Shown here: piece by piece, positions 18,947-29,160 of the stretch
How the letters are laid out: each line of letters opens with the position of its first letter
Numbering within the stretch: the stretch's first letter is position 1
Source of the DNA: Candidatus Eiseniibacteriota bacterium
Lineage (GTDB): Bacteria > Eisenbacteria > RBG-16-71-46
Length of the DNA stretch: 64,000 nucleotides
Assembly (NCBI GenBank): GCA_044223005.1
Contig: JBGAML010000016.1
Location: 52,080-116,079, forward strand
Direction: 5' to 3'
Position numbers and translations under genes: made by a program
Notes under the pieces: model-generated
Database searches by the model: none
Told to the model about the DNA's origin: nothing
The model's input: the letters and a program-made list of their open reading frames with translations, nothing else

Positions 18947-20752
18947 ATGACGAAAACGCTGGTCCTGCTCCTGGGAACGCTCCTCCTCGCGCCGGTCGCC
19001 GCCGCGCGCGCCGAGGGTGTTTCCGCGCGCCTGGACCCGCAGCTCGTCGCGTCGCTCGCGCCGGGCGCCGCGCCGGTGCCGGTGCTGGTCGAGTTCGTCG
19101 ACAAGGGGGAGCAGGGGAACGGGGACCGCATCGCCCGCCTCGCCCGCGCGGAACGCGAGCTGACCGCCGCGTCGCGGGCGCGCCGCCTCCGGCGCGGCGT
19201 GTGGCCGCTCGTCGACGAGGCCGACCTGCCCGTGGCGCCCGAGTACCTGCAGGCGATCCGCGCGCTCGGGCTCGAACCGGTGCACGTGTCGCGCTGGCTC
19301 AACGCCTGCACGGTGCGCGCGTCGGGACCCGTGCTCGCGCGGCTCGCCGCCACCGGCGGGGTGGCGCGCGTGCGCCCCGAACCGCTCGCGGCGCCCCGCA
19401 CGCTCCGGCCCGTCGCCGAAGCCGTGCGTGCGGACGCCGTGCCGCCCGGCGCGTCCGCGAGGCACGCGGGCGCCATCGCCTACGGCATGACCGCGACGCA
19501 GCTCGCGCGCCTCGGCGCACCGGCGCTGCACGACGCGGGGTGGAATGGCGCGGGGCTGCTCGTCGCGCTCTTCGACGAAGGCTTCAATCACCGGGGCGAC
19601 CACACGGCCACGAAGGGGATCGACGTGGGCAATCGCACGCGCGATTTCGTGCGTGGCGTCGACTCGGTCGAGGACACCACCGGCGACGCGATCTTCTTCC
19701 AGCACGGCCAGTGGACGCTCAGCACGATCGGCGGCAACGCCCCCGGGATCTACGTGGGCCCCGCGTACGGCGCCGCCTTCGCGCTCGCGCGCACGGAGGA
19801 TTCACGCAGCGAGACACCGATCGAGATGATCCACTGGGTCAACGCGGCCGAGTGGGCGGATTCGCTCGGTGTGGACCTCATCAGCTCCTCGCTCGGCTAC
19901 CGCCGGTTCGACGCACCGGACCCGAGCATCGCCTACGCCCAGCTCGACGGACACACGACGATCATCACGCGCGCCGTCGAGATCGCGGCGGCCAAGGGCA
20001 TCCTGGTCGTGAGCTCGATGGGCAACGACGGGGCGCTGGGCACGGGCAGCATCGACGCTCCCGCCGACGCCTGCGGGGACAGCATGCTCGCGGTCGGCGC
20101 GGTGGACTCCACCGGCGAGTTGGCCGGGTTCTCCTCGCGCGGACCCACGGCGGACGGCCGCGTGAAGCCCGACGTGGTCGCGCAGGGCGTGGCGGTGCTC
20201 GTGGCCTCCGCGTCGGGAAATCCGGACACCTACGTGCGGCTGAGCGGCACCTCGTTCTCCTGCCCGCTCGTGGCCGGCGTCGCCGCCTGCCTGCTGCAGG
20301 CGTACCCGAACCTGCCGATTCCCGTGATCGTGCGCACGCTCAAGCTGACCGCCGGAAACGCGACGCACCCGAACAACGGCGTCGGGTGGGGGCAGGTGGA
20401 CGCCGCCGCCGCGCTTCGATTCGACACCCTCGCCGTGGCCGTGCCCAGTTCGGCCCTGCGCTTCCGCATGGCCGGTGCCAATCCGGCGCGACTGGAGGAT
20501 GCGGCCGCGTGGTTCGAGTTCGCGCTGCCGCGCAGCGCTGTCGGCGGCACGCACGGGGCCGTGCGCGTGTACGACGCGACGGGCCGGCTCGTGCACACGA
20601 TCTTCAAAGGCTGGATCGCCGCCGGCGAGATCGTCCAGGCCGATTGGGACGGCACCGATGCGCACGGTGAGCGCGCGCGCGCCGGCCTCTACTTCGTCTC
20701 CTTCGAAGCGGGAGGGCAGCGGACGACGCTGCGCCTCGCCGCGCTCCGATGA
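18947..20752 (+). CDS. S8 (subtilisin-like) serine peptidase with FlgD-like C-terminal domain
   Basis: Signal peptide. Catalytic triad region FDEG / HGQW / GTSFSCP. FSSRGPTADGRVKPD. C-terminal VYDATGRLV...WDG..AGLYF. Confidence 0.9.
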   Translation: MTKTLVLLLGTLLLAPVAAARAEGVSARLDPQLVASLAPGAAPVPVLVEFVDKGEQGNGDRIARLARAERELTAASRARRLRRGVWPLVDEADLPVAPEYLQAIRALGLEPVHVSRWLNACTVRASGPVLARLAATGGVARVRPEPLAAPRTLRPVAEAVRADAVPPGASARHAGAIAYGMTATQLARLGAPALHDAGWNGAGLLVALFDEGFNHRGDHTATKGIDVGNRTRDFVRGVDSVEDTTGDAIFFQHGQWTLSTIGGNAPGIYVGPAYGAAFALARTEDSRSETPIEMIHWVNAAEWADSLGVDLISSSLGYRRFDAPDPSIAYAQLDGHTTIITRAVEIAAAKGILVVSSMGNDGALGTGSIDAPADACGDSMLAVGAVDSTGELAGFSSRGPTADGRVKPDVVAQGVAVLVASASGNPDTYVRLSGTSFSCPLVAGVAACLLQAYPNLPIPVIVRTLKLTAGNATHPNNGVGWGQVDAAAALRFDTLAVAVPSSALRFRMAGANPARLEDAAAWFEFALPRSAVGGTHGAVRVYDATGRLVHTIFKGWIAAGEIVQADWDGTDAHGERARAGLYFVSFEAGGQRTTLRLAALR

Positions 20753-20798
20753 CCTCGACTTCCTGCGTCCTCCATCCCCGAAAGGAACCGGTCCCGAG

Positions 20799-22121
20799 AT
20801 GAAGCGCTGCTTCGCTGTCGCCGCTGCGTGCGGCCTCGCCGTCCTCCTGGCGGGTCCGTTCGCGCCTCCCGCGCGCGCGGCCTCCCCGCCGACGCTCGTC
20901 ACGCTGAAGAACGGGCTCCGTGTCGTGCTCGCGCCCGACTCGTTCGCCACCTCGGTGGACGTCGCGACCTGGTACGCCGTGGGCGTGTCCAGCACGACCG
21001 CCGAACTCACCGGCGCCCGCCACGTCCTCGAGCGCCAGTTGTTCATGGGGACGCCCGACGGTGCGTGGGCCCGGGCGCTGCTCGCCGAAGGTGGCTTCGC
21101 GGGCGCCGCGACGACCGCGGACGCGATCGTCACGTGGGAGACGATGCCGGCCGAGGCGCTGGGGCTGGCGCTGCGCACCGAAGCGAAGCGCATGGGCCTC
21201 GCCGCGCCGCTGCCGGCGACGTGGAACGCCTTCCGCGAGGCAGCCGTGGCCGACGTGCGTTCGCGCACGCTGCGGCTGCCGCTCGCGGGTCCGCTGGCCC
21301 GCCTGAGCGCGCAGGTGTACCGCGGCGAGCCCTACGCGCGGCCCGTGCTGGCCAGCGAGGACGCCCTGCGCAAGCTCGCGCCGGAATCCGCGATCGCGTG
21401 GCAGAAGGGCCGCCTCGCACCCGGCAACGCGGTCCTCACGATCGTCGGCCGGTTCGATCCGGCCCCCACGCTCGAGCTCGTGCACCGCACGTTCGATCCG
21501 CTGCCGCGCGGCACCGCCGCCGCGGCCGTGGCCGCGGCCGCGCCCGCGCCGTCGCCGCGCCGTGCGATCGAGAGCGGTCCCACGCCGTCGCCGATGCTGC
21601 TCGTCGGCTGGCGCGTGCCCGGCATCGCCGATCCCGACGCGGCGGCGATCGAGTTCCTCGCCGGCGTCGTCGGCGGCAGCGACGACTCGCGTCTCAATCG
21701 CGCGCTCACGGTGGACTTCCCGGTCGCGACGGGCGCCCAGTGCGGGCTCGATCGCCGGCGGGACGCGTCGATGCTTTGGGCCGTCGCCGCCGCGCGCACC
21801 GACGTCGATTCGACCGACGTCGAGCACCAGCTCGTGGACAACGTCGGTGGCCTCGCGCGCGATCCGCTGCCCGAGCCGGAACTCGACCGCGCTCGCGCGC
21901 GCTTCCTCGCCGGTGCGGCGTTCGTCGCCCAGGATCCGCACGTGCGCGCCGAAGCCCTGGCGAACGCCGCGCTCGCGGGCCTCGATCCGGCCGTCGTCGA
22001 CCAGCGGCTCGCCGCGGTACGCCAGATGACGCCGGCGGAACTGCAGCGCGTCGCGCAGCGCGTGCTCGTCGAGAACGCGCGCGCCACCGTGTGGCTGCTG
22101 CCCTCCGGAGGTGCCCGATGA
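20799..22121 (+). CDS. M16 (insulinase-like) family protein, Zn motif degenerate
   Basis: TLKNGLRVVL; WYAVG; HVLER in place of HXXEH; GNAVLTIVG. Signal peptide. Confidence 0.8.
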   Translation: MKRCFAVAAACGLAVLLAGPFAPPARAASPPTLVTLKNGLRVVLAPDSFATSVDVATWYAVGVSSTTAELTGARHVLERQLFMGTPDGAWARALLAEGGFAGAATTADAIVTWETMPAEALGLALRTEAKRMGLAAPLPATWNAFREAAVADVRSRTLRLPLAGPLARLSAQVYRGEPYARPVLASEDALRKLAPESAIAWQKGRLAPGNAVLTIVGRFDPAPTLELVHRTFDPLPRGTAAAAVAAAAPAPSPRRAIESGPTPSPMLLVGWRVPGIADPDAAAIEFLAGVVGGSDDSRLNRALTVDFPVATGAQCGLDRRRDASMLWAVAAARTDVDSTDVEHQLVDNVGGLARDPLPEPELDRARARFLAGAAFVAQDPHVRAEALANAALAGLDPAVVDQRLAAVRQMTPAELQRVAQRVLVENARATVWLLPSGGAR

Positions 22122-24202
22122 GCCCGCTCCGCTTCGCTCCGCTCGCCGCGCTCGTCGCGTTCCTCTTCGCCGCGCCCGCGCCGGCCGCGGTGCCGGCGCC
22201 CGATCCGGCCGTGCCACCGCTGCGCCTGCCGCAGCCGGTCGAGCGCCGGCTCGAGAACGGCCTGCGCGTCGTCGTGTTCCCGATTTCGCGCCAGCCGATC
22301 GTCCAGGTCGAGCTGTTCGCGCCGGCGGGCTCGGCGTACGAACCCGAGAACAAGGCGGGTGTCGCGTTCGTCACCGCGCGGCTGCTCACCGAAGGCACGC
22401 CGTCGCGTACCCGCACGGACGTGGCCGACGAACTCGCGCGCGCGGGCGCCACGATCACGACGCATTGCGACGTGGACGTGGCCCAGGTCGTCGAGGGCGG
22501 CCGCGCCGAGTCGCTCGAATCCATGCTCGAGGTGATGAGCGACGTCGTGATCAATCCGCTCTTCGGCGCGGATCGCTTCACCGCGTTCCGGCTGCAGATC
22601 GCGCGCGAGCAGGGCGCCGCACTCGGCACGCTGGCCAACGCCGCGAGCACGCGCGTGCGCCAGCGCGCGTTCGCGCCGCATCCGTACGCGCACGCCGCGG
22701 CGCCCGAGCCGCAGTCCGTGCTCGGCGTGGACCTCGCGGCGGTGCAGGCGTTCCATCGCGACCGCTGGCGGCCCGATCGCGCCGTGCTGGTCGTCGCGGG
22801 CGACGTCGCGCCCGAGCGCGTCTTCGCTGCGGCACAGGACTGGTTCGGCAAGTGGGCCGGGCACACCGCCCCGGACCCGGCGCGTCCGGCATTCGCACCG
22901 CCGGCGGGCATCGGGCTCATCGACGTGCCGGGCGCGGATCACGCGGAAGTGCGCGTGGCCGTGCCGGGGCCGGGCCTCGCGAGCCCGGAGCACGCCGGCT
23001 GGGCGCTGCTCCAGTCGGCGCTCGCCAACGAGACGCTGCCGCCGGGCGTCTCGGTGTCGTTCGAGAACGACCGTGACGCGAGCCTGCTCGTGCTGGCGCT
23101 CGCGAGCGCGCCCCGCGGCGCGGGCGACGCGATAAAGACGCTGATCGGCGTGCTGCGCGACGCCGTGGCGAAGCCTCCCGCCGGCGCCGAACTCGAGGCG
23201 CTGCGCCGCAGCACGCGCCAGGGCTATCCGCTCTCGCTCGGTTCGCTCGGCGGCTTCGTGGCGCAGTGGCAGCAGCTCGACTTCGCGGGCCTGCCCGCGG
23301 GCAGCGTCGCCACGCTCGGCGACCAGCGGGCCGCGGCCGCGCTCGAGCCGGCGCTGCGCACGCTCGGCGGCAAGCCGGTCGTGCTCGTCGCGGGTTCGGC
23401 CGCCACGCTCCGCGAGCCGCTCGCGGCGCTCGGGATGGGGGCGGTGGACGCGCAGCCGCTCGTCGCCCAGCTGCCGCAGGGCGCGCCCACGGCGACGGTG
23501 CTGCCGCCCGGCACCGCGGAGCAGAAGCGGCGCGGACGCGCGGTGATCGCCTCGGCGGTCCTCGCGCACGGCGGCGCTGCCGCGCTCGCCGCCGTGAAGA
23601 CGTCGGTGCACGAGGGCGCGATCGTGTTCACGATCGGCGGGCAGGAGCTCGAAGGCCTCTTCAGCGCCGTGCGCGTCGCGCCGGATCGCTACTCGTACTC
23701 GACTCGCATGCTGCAGCTCGAGTCGCGGCAGATGGTGTCCGGATCGGTGGGCTGGAACTGGACCAAGGCCGAGAGCACGACCGTGGCGCCGCTCGACTCG
23801 CTCGCGATGTTCAAGCTGCGGCTCGCGAGCGATTCCGACCTCATTCCCGAGTTGCGCATGGCCTCCTCGCCCGCGGGCGATCCCGTGTGGCGCGGCTCCA
23901 CCACGCTCGCCGGCCGCCGCTGCGATCTCGTCGATTTCGCGACCCCGTACGGCCGACAGCGGTTCGCGGTGGACCAGCTCACGCACCGCGTGGTCGAAAT
24001 GGCCGCCGGCCCCGGTCCGAACGGCGAATGGTCCGATCGGCGCACTCTCGGCGATTTCCGGCGGGTGAACGGCCTCCTGCTGCCGTTCACGGAGGACCGA
24101 AAGGTCCGCGGTGAAAAGGTTTGGCGGATCACGGCTCGCGACATCGCGATCAATCGCCCCATCCCGGAGCAGCTCTGGGTGAAGCCCCGTACGATCGAAT
24201 GA
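22118..24202 (+). CDS. M16 non-catalytic subunit fused to a C-terminal beta-rich (LolA-like?) domain
   Basis: RLENGLRVV; AGSAYEP..KAGVA; EGT; AVLVVAGD. C-terminal HGGAAAL...DFRRVNGLLLPF domain. Confidence 0.75.
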   Translation: MSPLRFAPLAALVAFLFAAPAPAAVPAPDPAVPPLRLPQPVERRLENGLRVVVFPISRQPIVQVELFAPAGSAYEPENKAGVAFVTARLLTEGTPSRTRTDVADELARAGATITTHCDVDVAQVVEGGRAESLESMLEVMSDVVINPLFGADRFTAFRLQIAREQGAALGTLANAASTRVRQRAFAPHPYAHAAAPEPQSVLGVDLAAVQAFHRDRWRPDRAVLVVAGDVAPERVFAAAQDWFGKWAGHTAPDPARPAFAPPAGIGLIDVPGADHAEVRVAVPGPGLASPEHAGWALLQSALANETLPPGVSVSFENDRDASLLVLALASAPRGAGDAIKTLIGVLRDAVAKPPAGAELEALRRSTRQGYPLSLGSLGGFVAQWQQLDFAGLPAGSVATLGDQRAAAALEPALRTLGGKPVVLVAGSAATLREPLAALGMGAVDAQPLVAQLPQGAPTATVLPPGTAEQKRRGRAVIASAVLAHGGAAALAAVKTSVHEGAIVFTIGGQELEGLFSAVRVAPDRYSYSTRMLQLESRQMVSGSVGWNWTKAESTTVAPLDSLAMFKLRLASDSDLIPELRMASSPAGDPVWRGSTTLAGRRCDLVDFATPYGRQRFAVDQLTHRVVEMAAGPGPNGEWSDRRTLGDFRRVNGLLLPFTEDRKVRGEKVWRITARDIAINRPIPEQLWVKPRTIE

Positions 24203-24303
24203 CGCCTTGTTGAAACACGGTTGTAAACGCGAGCGGCCGGTGGCTTGTGACGCCACCGGCCGCTCGCTATCCTCGCCGGGATCTCAAGAGGAGGGATCCT
24301 GAC

Positions 24304-27210
24304 ATGAGCACAATCGAAAACGCCGCCGTCACGGGCGGCTCGGAGAAACGAATGAGCGAGAAGTACGTGTATTTCTTCGGTGACGGGGCGGCGGAAGGCA
24401 ACGGGACGATGAAGGACGTGCTCGGTGGCAAGGGCGCGGGCCTCGCCGAGATGACCAATGCCGGCGTGCCGGTGCCCCCGGGCTTCACGATCGCGACGGC
24501 CATGTGCCGTCACTACCACGCGAACGGCCGCAAGCTGACGCCGGAGTTCCTGGCGCAGCAGGACGCCATGCTCGCGCGCCTCGAGGAGTCGCTGGGCAAG
24601 AAGCTCGGTGACGCGAACGATCCGCTGCTCGTCTCCGTCCGCTCGGGCGCGAAGTTCTCGATGCCCGGCATGATGGACACGATCCTGAACCTCGGCCTGA
24701 ACGACAAGGCCGTGCTCGGTCTCGCCACGAAGACGGGCAACGAGCGCTTCGCGTGGGACTGCTACCGCCGCTTCATCCAGATGTTCACCTCGGTGGTGAT
24801 GGACCTCGAGAAGAAGGAGTTCGAGCACGTCATCGAGGCGTTCAAGGCGAAGGAGCAGGTGAAGCGCAAGTCGAAGAAGGCCCTGCTCGATACCGACCTG
24901 ACGCCGGCGAACCTCCAGGACCTCGTGCTCGAGTTCAAGCGTCACGTCCGCAAGCGGACCGGCCGCGACTTCCCGCAGGACGCGCGCGAGCAGCTCGCGA
25001 TGGCGCGCGACGCCGTGTTCCGCTCGTGGAACACCGATCGCGCCGTGTACTACCGCAAGCAGAACGGCATCCCCGACGACATCGGCACCGCCGTGAACGT
25101 GCAGGCGATGGTGTTCGGCAACATGGGTGACACGTCCGGCACGGGCGTCGGTTTCACGCGCAACCCGTCGACGGGCGAGAACCACTTCTACGGCGAGTAC
25201 CTCACGAACGCGCAGGGCGAGGACGTCGTCGCCGGTGTGCGCACGCCGCAGCCGATCGACCATCTCGAGCAGGAGATGCCCGAGGTGTTCCAGCAGCTGC
25301 ACGGCATCACGAAGCGGCTCGAGAAGCACTATCGCGACATCCAGGACTTCGAGTTCACGATCCAGGAAGGCAAGCTCTACCTGCTGCAGACGCGCAACGG
25401 CAAGCGCACCGCGCAGGCCGCCGTCCGCATCGCGGTCGAGATGGTGAAGGAAGGCCTGATCACCGAGCAGGAAGCCATCCTGCGCGTCGAGCCCGCTTCG
25501 CTCGACCAGCTGCTGCACCCGCGGCTCGACCCCAAGGCGAAGGTCAACGTGATCGCCAAGGGCCTCTCGGCGTCGCCGGGCGCGGCCGTCGGCATCGCCG
25601 TCTTCGACGCGGACACCGCGGCGGAGATGGGCCACGCCAAGAAGAAGGTCATCCTCGTCCGCAAGGAGACCACGCCGGACGACATCCACGGCATGGACGC
25701 GGCGCAGGGCATCTTGACCGCCACCGGCGGCATGACCAGCCACGCGGCCGTCGTCGCGCGCGGGATGGGCAAGCCGTGCGTCTCGGGCGTCAGCGCGATC
25801 CACGTGAACGAGAAGGCGCGCACGATGTCCGTCGACAAGGTGGTCGTGAAGGAAGGCGACTGGATCACGATCGACGGTTCCACCGGCCGCGTCATGCTGG
25901 GCGCCGTGCCGACGATCGAGGCCGCGGTCTCGGGCGAGTTCGCCGAGTTCATGTCGATCGCCGACAAGCACCGCAGGCTCAAGGTGCGCTCGAACGCCGA
26001 CATCCCGCGCGATGCGCTCAAGGCGCGCGAGTTCGGCGCCGAGGGCATCGGTCTCTGCCGTACCGAGCACATGTTCTTCGCCGAGGATCGCCTGCCGTTC
26101 GTCGTGCAGATGATCATGGCGGCGCCGCAGGTGAAGGCGCTGTCGGAGAAGCTCGCGGCCAAGGAGAAGGCGCTCGAGGGTTCGATCGGCGGCGAGAACA
26201 AAGCTCTCAAGGCCGAGGTCGCGGCGCTCAAGAAGGAACTCGCCGCGCCGCTCAAGGCCTACAAGACCGCGCTCGCGAAGCTCCTGCCGTTCCAGCGCAA
26301 GGACTTCCACGGCCTCTTCAAGGCCATGAAGGGCTACCCGGTCACCATCCGTACGCTGGATCCGCCGCTTCACGAGTTCCTCCCGAAGCGTGAGGACCTC
26401 ATGGTCGACATCGCGATCCTCCCGCGCGCGACGGCGGCCCAGAAGAAGGAGATGGTCAAGAAGTACCGCTTCAAGTCGGTGACGCAGCTCAAGGCCGGCA
26501 TGCCCGAGCTGCTGAAGCGCGTCGAGGAACTGCACGAGTTCAACCCGATGATGGGCCACCGCGGCTGCCGCCTCGGCATCACGTACCCCGAGGTCACCGA
26601 GATGCAGGCGCGCGCCATCTTCGAGGCCGCGTGCCAGATCGTGAAGGACGGCGGCAACGTCGTGCCCGAGATCATGATCCCGCTCATCGGCACCGTGGAA
26701 GAGCTCAAGGACCAGGGCGCGATCGTGCGCCGCGTGGCCGAGGAGACGATCGCCAAGGCCGGCGTGAAGCTCGAGTACCTGGTCGGCACCATGATCGAGA
26801 TCCCGCGTGCGGCGCTGACGGCGGCCCGCGTGGCCGAGGTCGCCGAGTTCTTCAGCTTCGGCACCAACGACCTCACGCAGATGACCTACGGCTACTCGCG
26901 TGACGACGCCGGCAAGTTCCTGCCGGAGTACGTCAACCGCAAGATCCTGCCCGGCGACCCGTTCGTCTCCGTGGACCAGGAAGGCGTCGGCATGCTGATG
27001 GACTGGGCGGTGAAGAACGGCCGCTCGACCCGCAACAAGCTGAAGGTCGGCATCTGCGGCGAGCACGGCGGTGACCCGGCGTCGGTCGAGTTCTGCCATC
27101 GCACGAACCTGGACTACGTCTCCTGCTCGCCGTTCCGCGTGCCGCTCGCGCGGCTGGCGGCGGCGCAGGCCGCGGTCCGTGGCACGGCGGCGGAGAGCGA
27201 TCGCCGGTAG
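24304..27210 (+). CDS. ppdK: pyruvate, phosphate dikinase
   Basis: LGGKGAGLAEM, LLVSVRSGA, GGMTSHAAVVARG (phospho-His), GLCRTEHMF, FSFGTNDLTQ and GICGEHGGDP motifs. Confidence 0.98.
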   Translation: MSTIENAAVTGGSEKRMSEKYVYFFGDGAAEGNGTMKDVLGGKGAGLAEMTNAGVPVPPGFTIATAMCRHYHANGRKLTPEFLAQQDAMLARLEESLGKKLGDANDPLLVSVRSGAKFSMPGMMDTILNLGLNDKAVLGLATKTGNERFAWDCYRRFIQMFTSVVMDLEKKEFEHVIEAFKAKEQVKRKSKKALLDTDLTPANLQDLVLEFKRHVRKRTGRDFPQDAREQLAMARDAVFRSWNTDRAVYYRKQNGIPDDIGTAVNVQAMVFGNMGDTSGTGVGFTRNPSTGENHFYGEYLTNAQGEDVVAGVRTPQPIDHLEQEMPEVFQQLHGITKRLEKHYRDIQDFEFTIQEGKLYLLQTRNGKRTAQAAVRIAVEMVKEGLITEQEAILRVEPASLDQLLHPRLDPKAKVNVIAKGLSASPGAAVGIAVFDADTAAEMGHAKKKVILVRKETTPDDIHGMDAAQGILTATGGMTSHAAVVARGMGKPCVSGVSAIHVNEKARTMSVDKVVVKEGDWITIDGSTGRVMLGAVPTIEAAVSGEFAEFMSIADKHRRLKVRSNADIPRDALKAREFGAEGIGLCRTEHMFFAEDRLPFVVQMIMAAPQVKALSEKLAAKEKALEGSIGGENKALKAEVAALKKELAAPLKAYKTALAKLLPFQRKDFHGLFKAMKGYPVTIRTLDPPLHEFLPKREDLMVDIAILPRATAAQKKEMVKKYRFKSVTQLKAGMPELLKRVEELHEFNPMMGHRGCRLGITYPEVTEMQARAIFEAACQIVKDGGNVVPEIMIPLIGTVEELKDQGAIVRRVAEETIAKAGVKLEYLVGTMIEIPRAALTAARVAEVAEFFSFGTNDLTQMTYGYSRDDAGKFLPEYVNRKILPGDPFVSVDQEGVGMLMDWAVKNGRSTRNKLKVGICGEHGGDPASVEFCHRTNLDYVSCSPFRVPLARLAAAQAAVRGTAAESDRR

Positions 27211-27230
27211 GGACGTCCGCATCACACTCG

Positions 27231-27262
27231 AAGGCCGGCGCGGGAAACCGCGCCGGCCTTTC
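27231..27262 (+). terminator. intrinsic terminator after ppdK
   Basis: 13-bp stem AAGGCCGGCGCGG/CCGCGCCGGCCTT with GAAA loop, short T run. Confidence 0.75.
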
Positions 27263-27449
27263 GCGTTGGCGGTCCCGCGGCGACGGCAAGAACGCCGACC
27301 CGACCCGTTCCCCGGCGCCGAGATCGCGCCTGTCATTTCCGGCAGGCCAGGAGTAGCCTCTTTCTCGTCATGTCCCCCGGCGAGTCATGGTTGCGGGACA
27401 TCACTCGTTCGTGCGGCCTGGAACTTCCCGCAAGTGCACGGAGGGTGTG

Positions 27450-29132
27450 ATGCGGTTCACGACATGGCGCTCGGGGGCGACGCTGCTGGCCCTCGTGGTT
27501 TCGGTGCTGGTCCTCGCCGCTGCGGCGCCGGCGATGGCGCAGGACGGCACGTGGTCCTCGCTGGACGTCTCGGCGAGCGGGCCCGGCCTGCTGCGCGAAC
27601 ACGGCGCGATCTTCGATCGCGACAACCAGCGCTACATCATCTTCGACGGACGCTCGAGCACTCCGTTCCAGGACTACATCCTCTTCAACGACGTCTGGGT
27701 GCTCGACGTCGCGGGTGATCCGGCCTGGTCGCACATGGCGATCTCGGGAGCGGTCCCGGGCCAACGGCACAGTCCGCAGTGGGGATACGACCCGGCGCGG
27801 AACCGCATCCTCGTCTTCGGCGGTTACGGTCTGCACGATCCGAACAGCCTGGCGTACGAGTACCTCAACGACGTGTGGGAACTCTCGCTCACCGGCACGC
27901 CGCAATGGACCGAACTGTTCCCGGCCGGGCAGGCGCCGAGTGGACGCCTCGCCGGCGCGGCCGTGTACGACCCGATGCGTCAGCGCTTCGTCGGCTTCGG
28001 CGGCACCATCAACGCGCCGGTCGACACGTGGGTGCTGAACCTGAGCGGGGACGCCGCGTGGGAATCGCTGACCGTCGCGGGTCCGTGCCCGAACGGCGGC
28101 TGGGGCATGACGTCGGTCTACGACGCGAAACGCGACCGCATGCTGATCTTCGGTGGCTCGACCAGCGACGGCTACTACGGCTCGAACAACGACGTCTGGG
28201 AGCTGGATCTCCGCGGTGCGCCGGAATGGCACTTGCTCACGACCCTGGGCGATCGGCCCTCGGGCCGGCGTTCGGGCGCGTCGGTCTACGATCCATTGCG
28301 CGATCGCATGGTGATCTATGGCGGCTTCGACGCGGTGCCGGGGTCGGACCAGTTCCTCGGTGACACCTGGGCGCTCGATTTCACCGCCGACCCGCCCACG
28401 TGGTCCGAGCTGCAGCCCGCGGGCACGACGCCGGTGGGGCGCGACGGTGTGCCCGCCGCCTACGATCCGCTGCACGACCGCATGATCGTGTACGGCGGCT
28501 TCGACGGCCTGAACTTCCTCTCGGATACCCAGTTCCTCACGTGGGGCGGCTCGAGCACCGAAGCCTCGATCATGTCGACTGCGAGCGCGACGGCTGCCGG
28601 CGCGCACGTGGAGTGGAACGTCCAGGGCGCCACCGGGACGCACGCGGCGATCTACCGCCGGCCGGAGGGCGGCAAGTGGACCGCGCGGTCGCTGGCGGAG
28701 GTGGACGGCGCGGGACACGTCGTGCTGGACGATGCCAACGTCGCCGCGGGCAAGGCCTACGACTACATGCTGGTCGTCGGCTCGCACCGGGGCGAGACGT
28801 TCGGAGGCCAGGCGGCGGTGCGGATGCCGAACTCGCTCGGCGTGAACCCCGGCGCGTCGGTGGCGTTCGGGCTGCGCGGCGTGGCGCCGAATCCGGCGGT
28901 CGATCACTTCAGCGTGACGTTCGCGCTGCGCACGTCGGCGCCGGCCACGCTCGAGCTGCTCGACGTGACCGGCCGGCGCTGCCTGCTCGAGGACGTCACC
29001 GCGTTCGGTGCCGGATCGCACCAGCTCGACCTCCCGGTCGGAGGGCGCGTGCCCGCCGGGCTCTACTTCCTGCGGCTCGCACAGTCGGGGAACGTGGCGA
29101 CGTCGCGCGTCGTGGTGGCCGCGGCGCACTGA
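27450..29132 (+). CDS. secreted Kelch-repeat beta-propeller protein with C-terminal sorting-like domain
   Basis: Six repeats of YD..R.R..[IV][FY]GG...D[VT]W.L. Signal peptide. PNPA...LLDVTGR...AGLYFLRL CTD. Confidence 0.85.
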   Translation: MRFTTWRSGATLLALVVSVLVLAAAAPAMAQDGTWSSLDVSASGPGLLREHGAIFDRDNQRYIIFDGRSSTPFQDYILFNDVWVLDVAGDPAWSHMAISGAVPGQRHSPQWGYDPARNRILVFGGYGLHDPNSLAYEYLNDVWELSLTGTPQWTELFPAGQAPSGRLAGAAVYDPMRQRFVGFGGTINAPVDTWVLNLSGDAAWESLTVAGPCPNGGWGMTSVYDAKRDRMLIFGGSTSDGYYGSNNDVWELDLRGAPEWHLLTTLGDRPSGRRSGASVYDPLRDRMVIYGGFDAVPGSDQFLGDTWALDFTADPPTWSELQPAGTTPVGRDGVPAAYDPLHDRMIVYGGFDGLNFLSDTQFLTWGGSSTEASIMSTASATAAGAHVEWNVQGATGTHAAIYRRPEGGKWTARSLAEVDGAGHVVLDDANVAAGKAYDYMLVVGSHRGETFGGQAAVRMPNSLGVNPGASVAFGLRGVAPNPAVDHFSVTFALRTSAPATLELLDVTGRRCLLEDVTAFGAGSHQLDLPVGGRVPAGLYFLRLAQSGNVATSRVVVAAAH

Positions 29133-29160
29133 GCGGCCTCGTCGTGTTCGCCGTTCGGAC

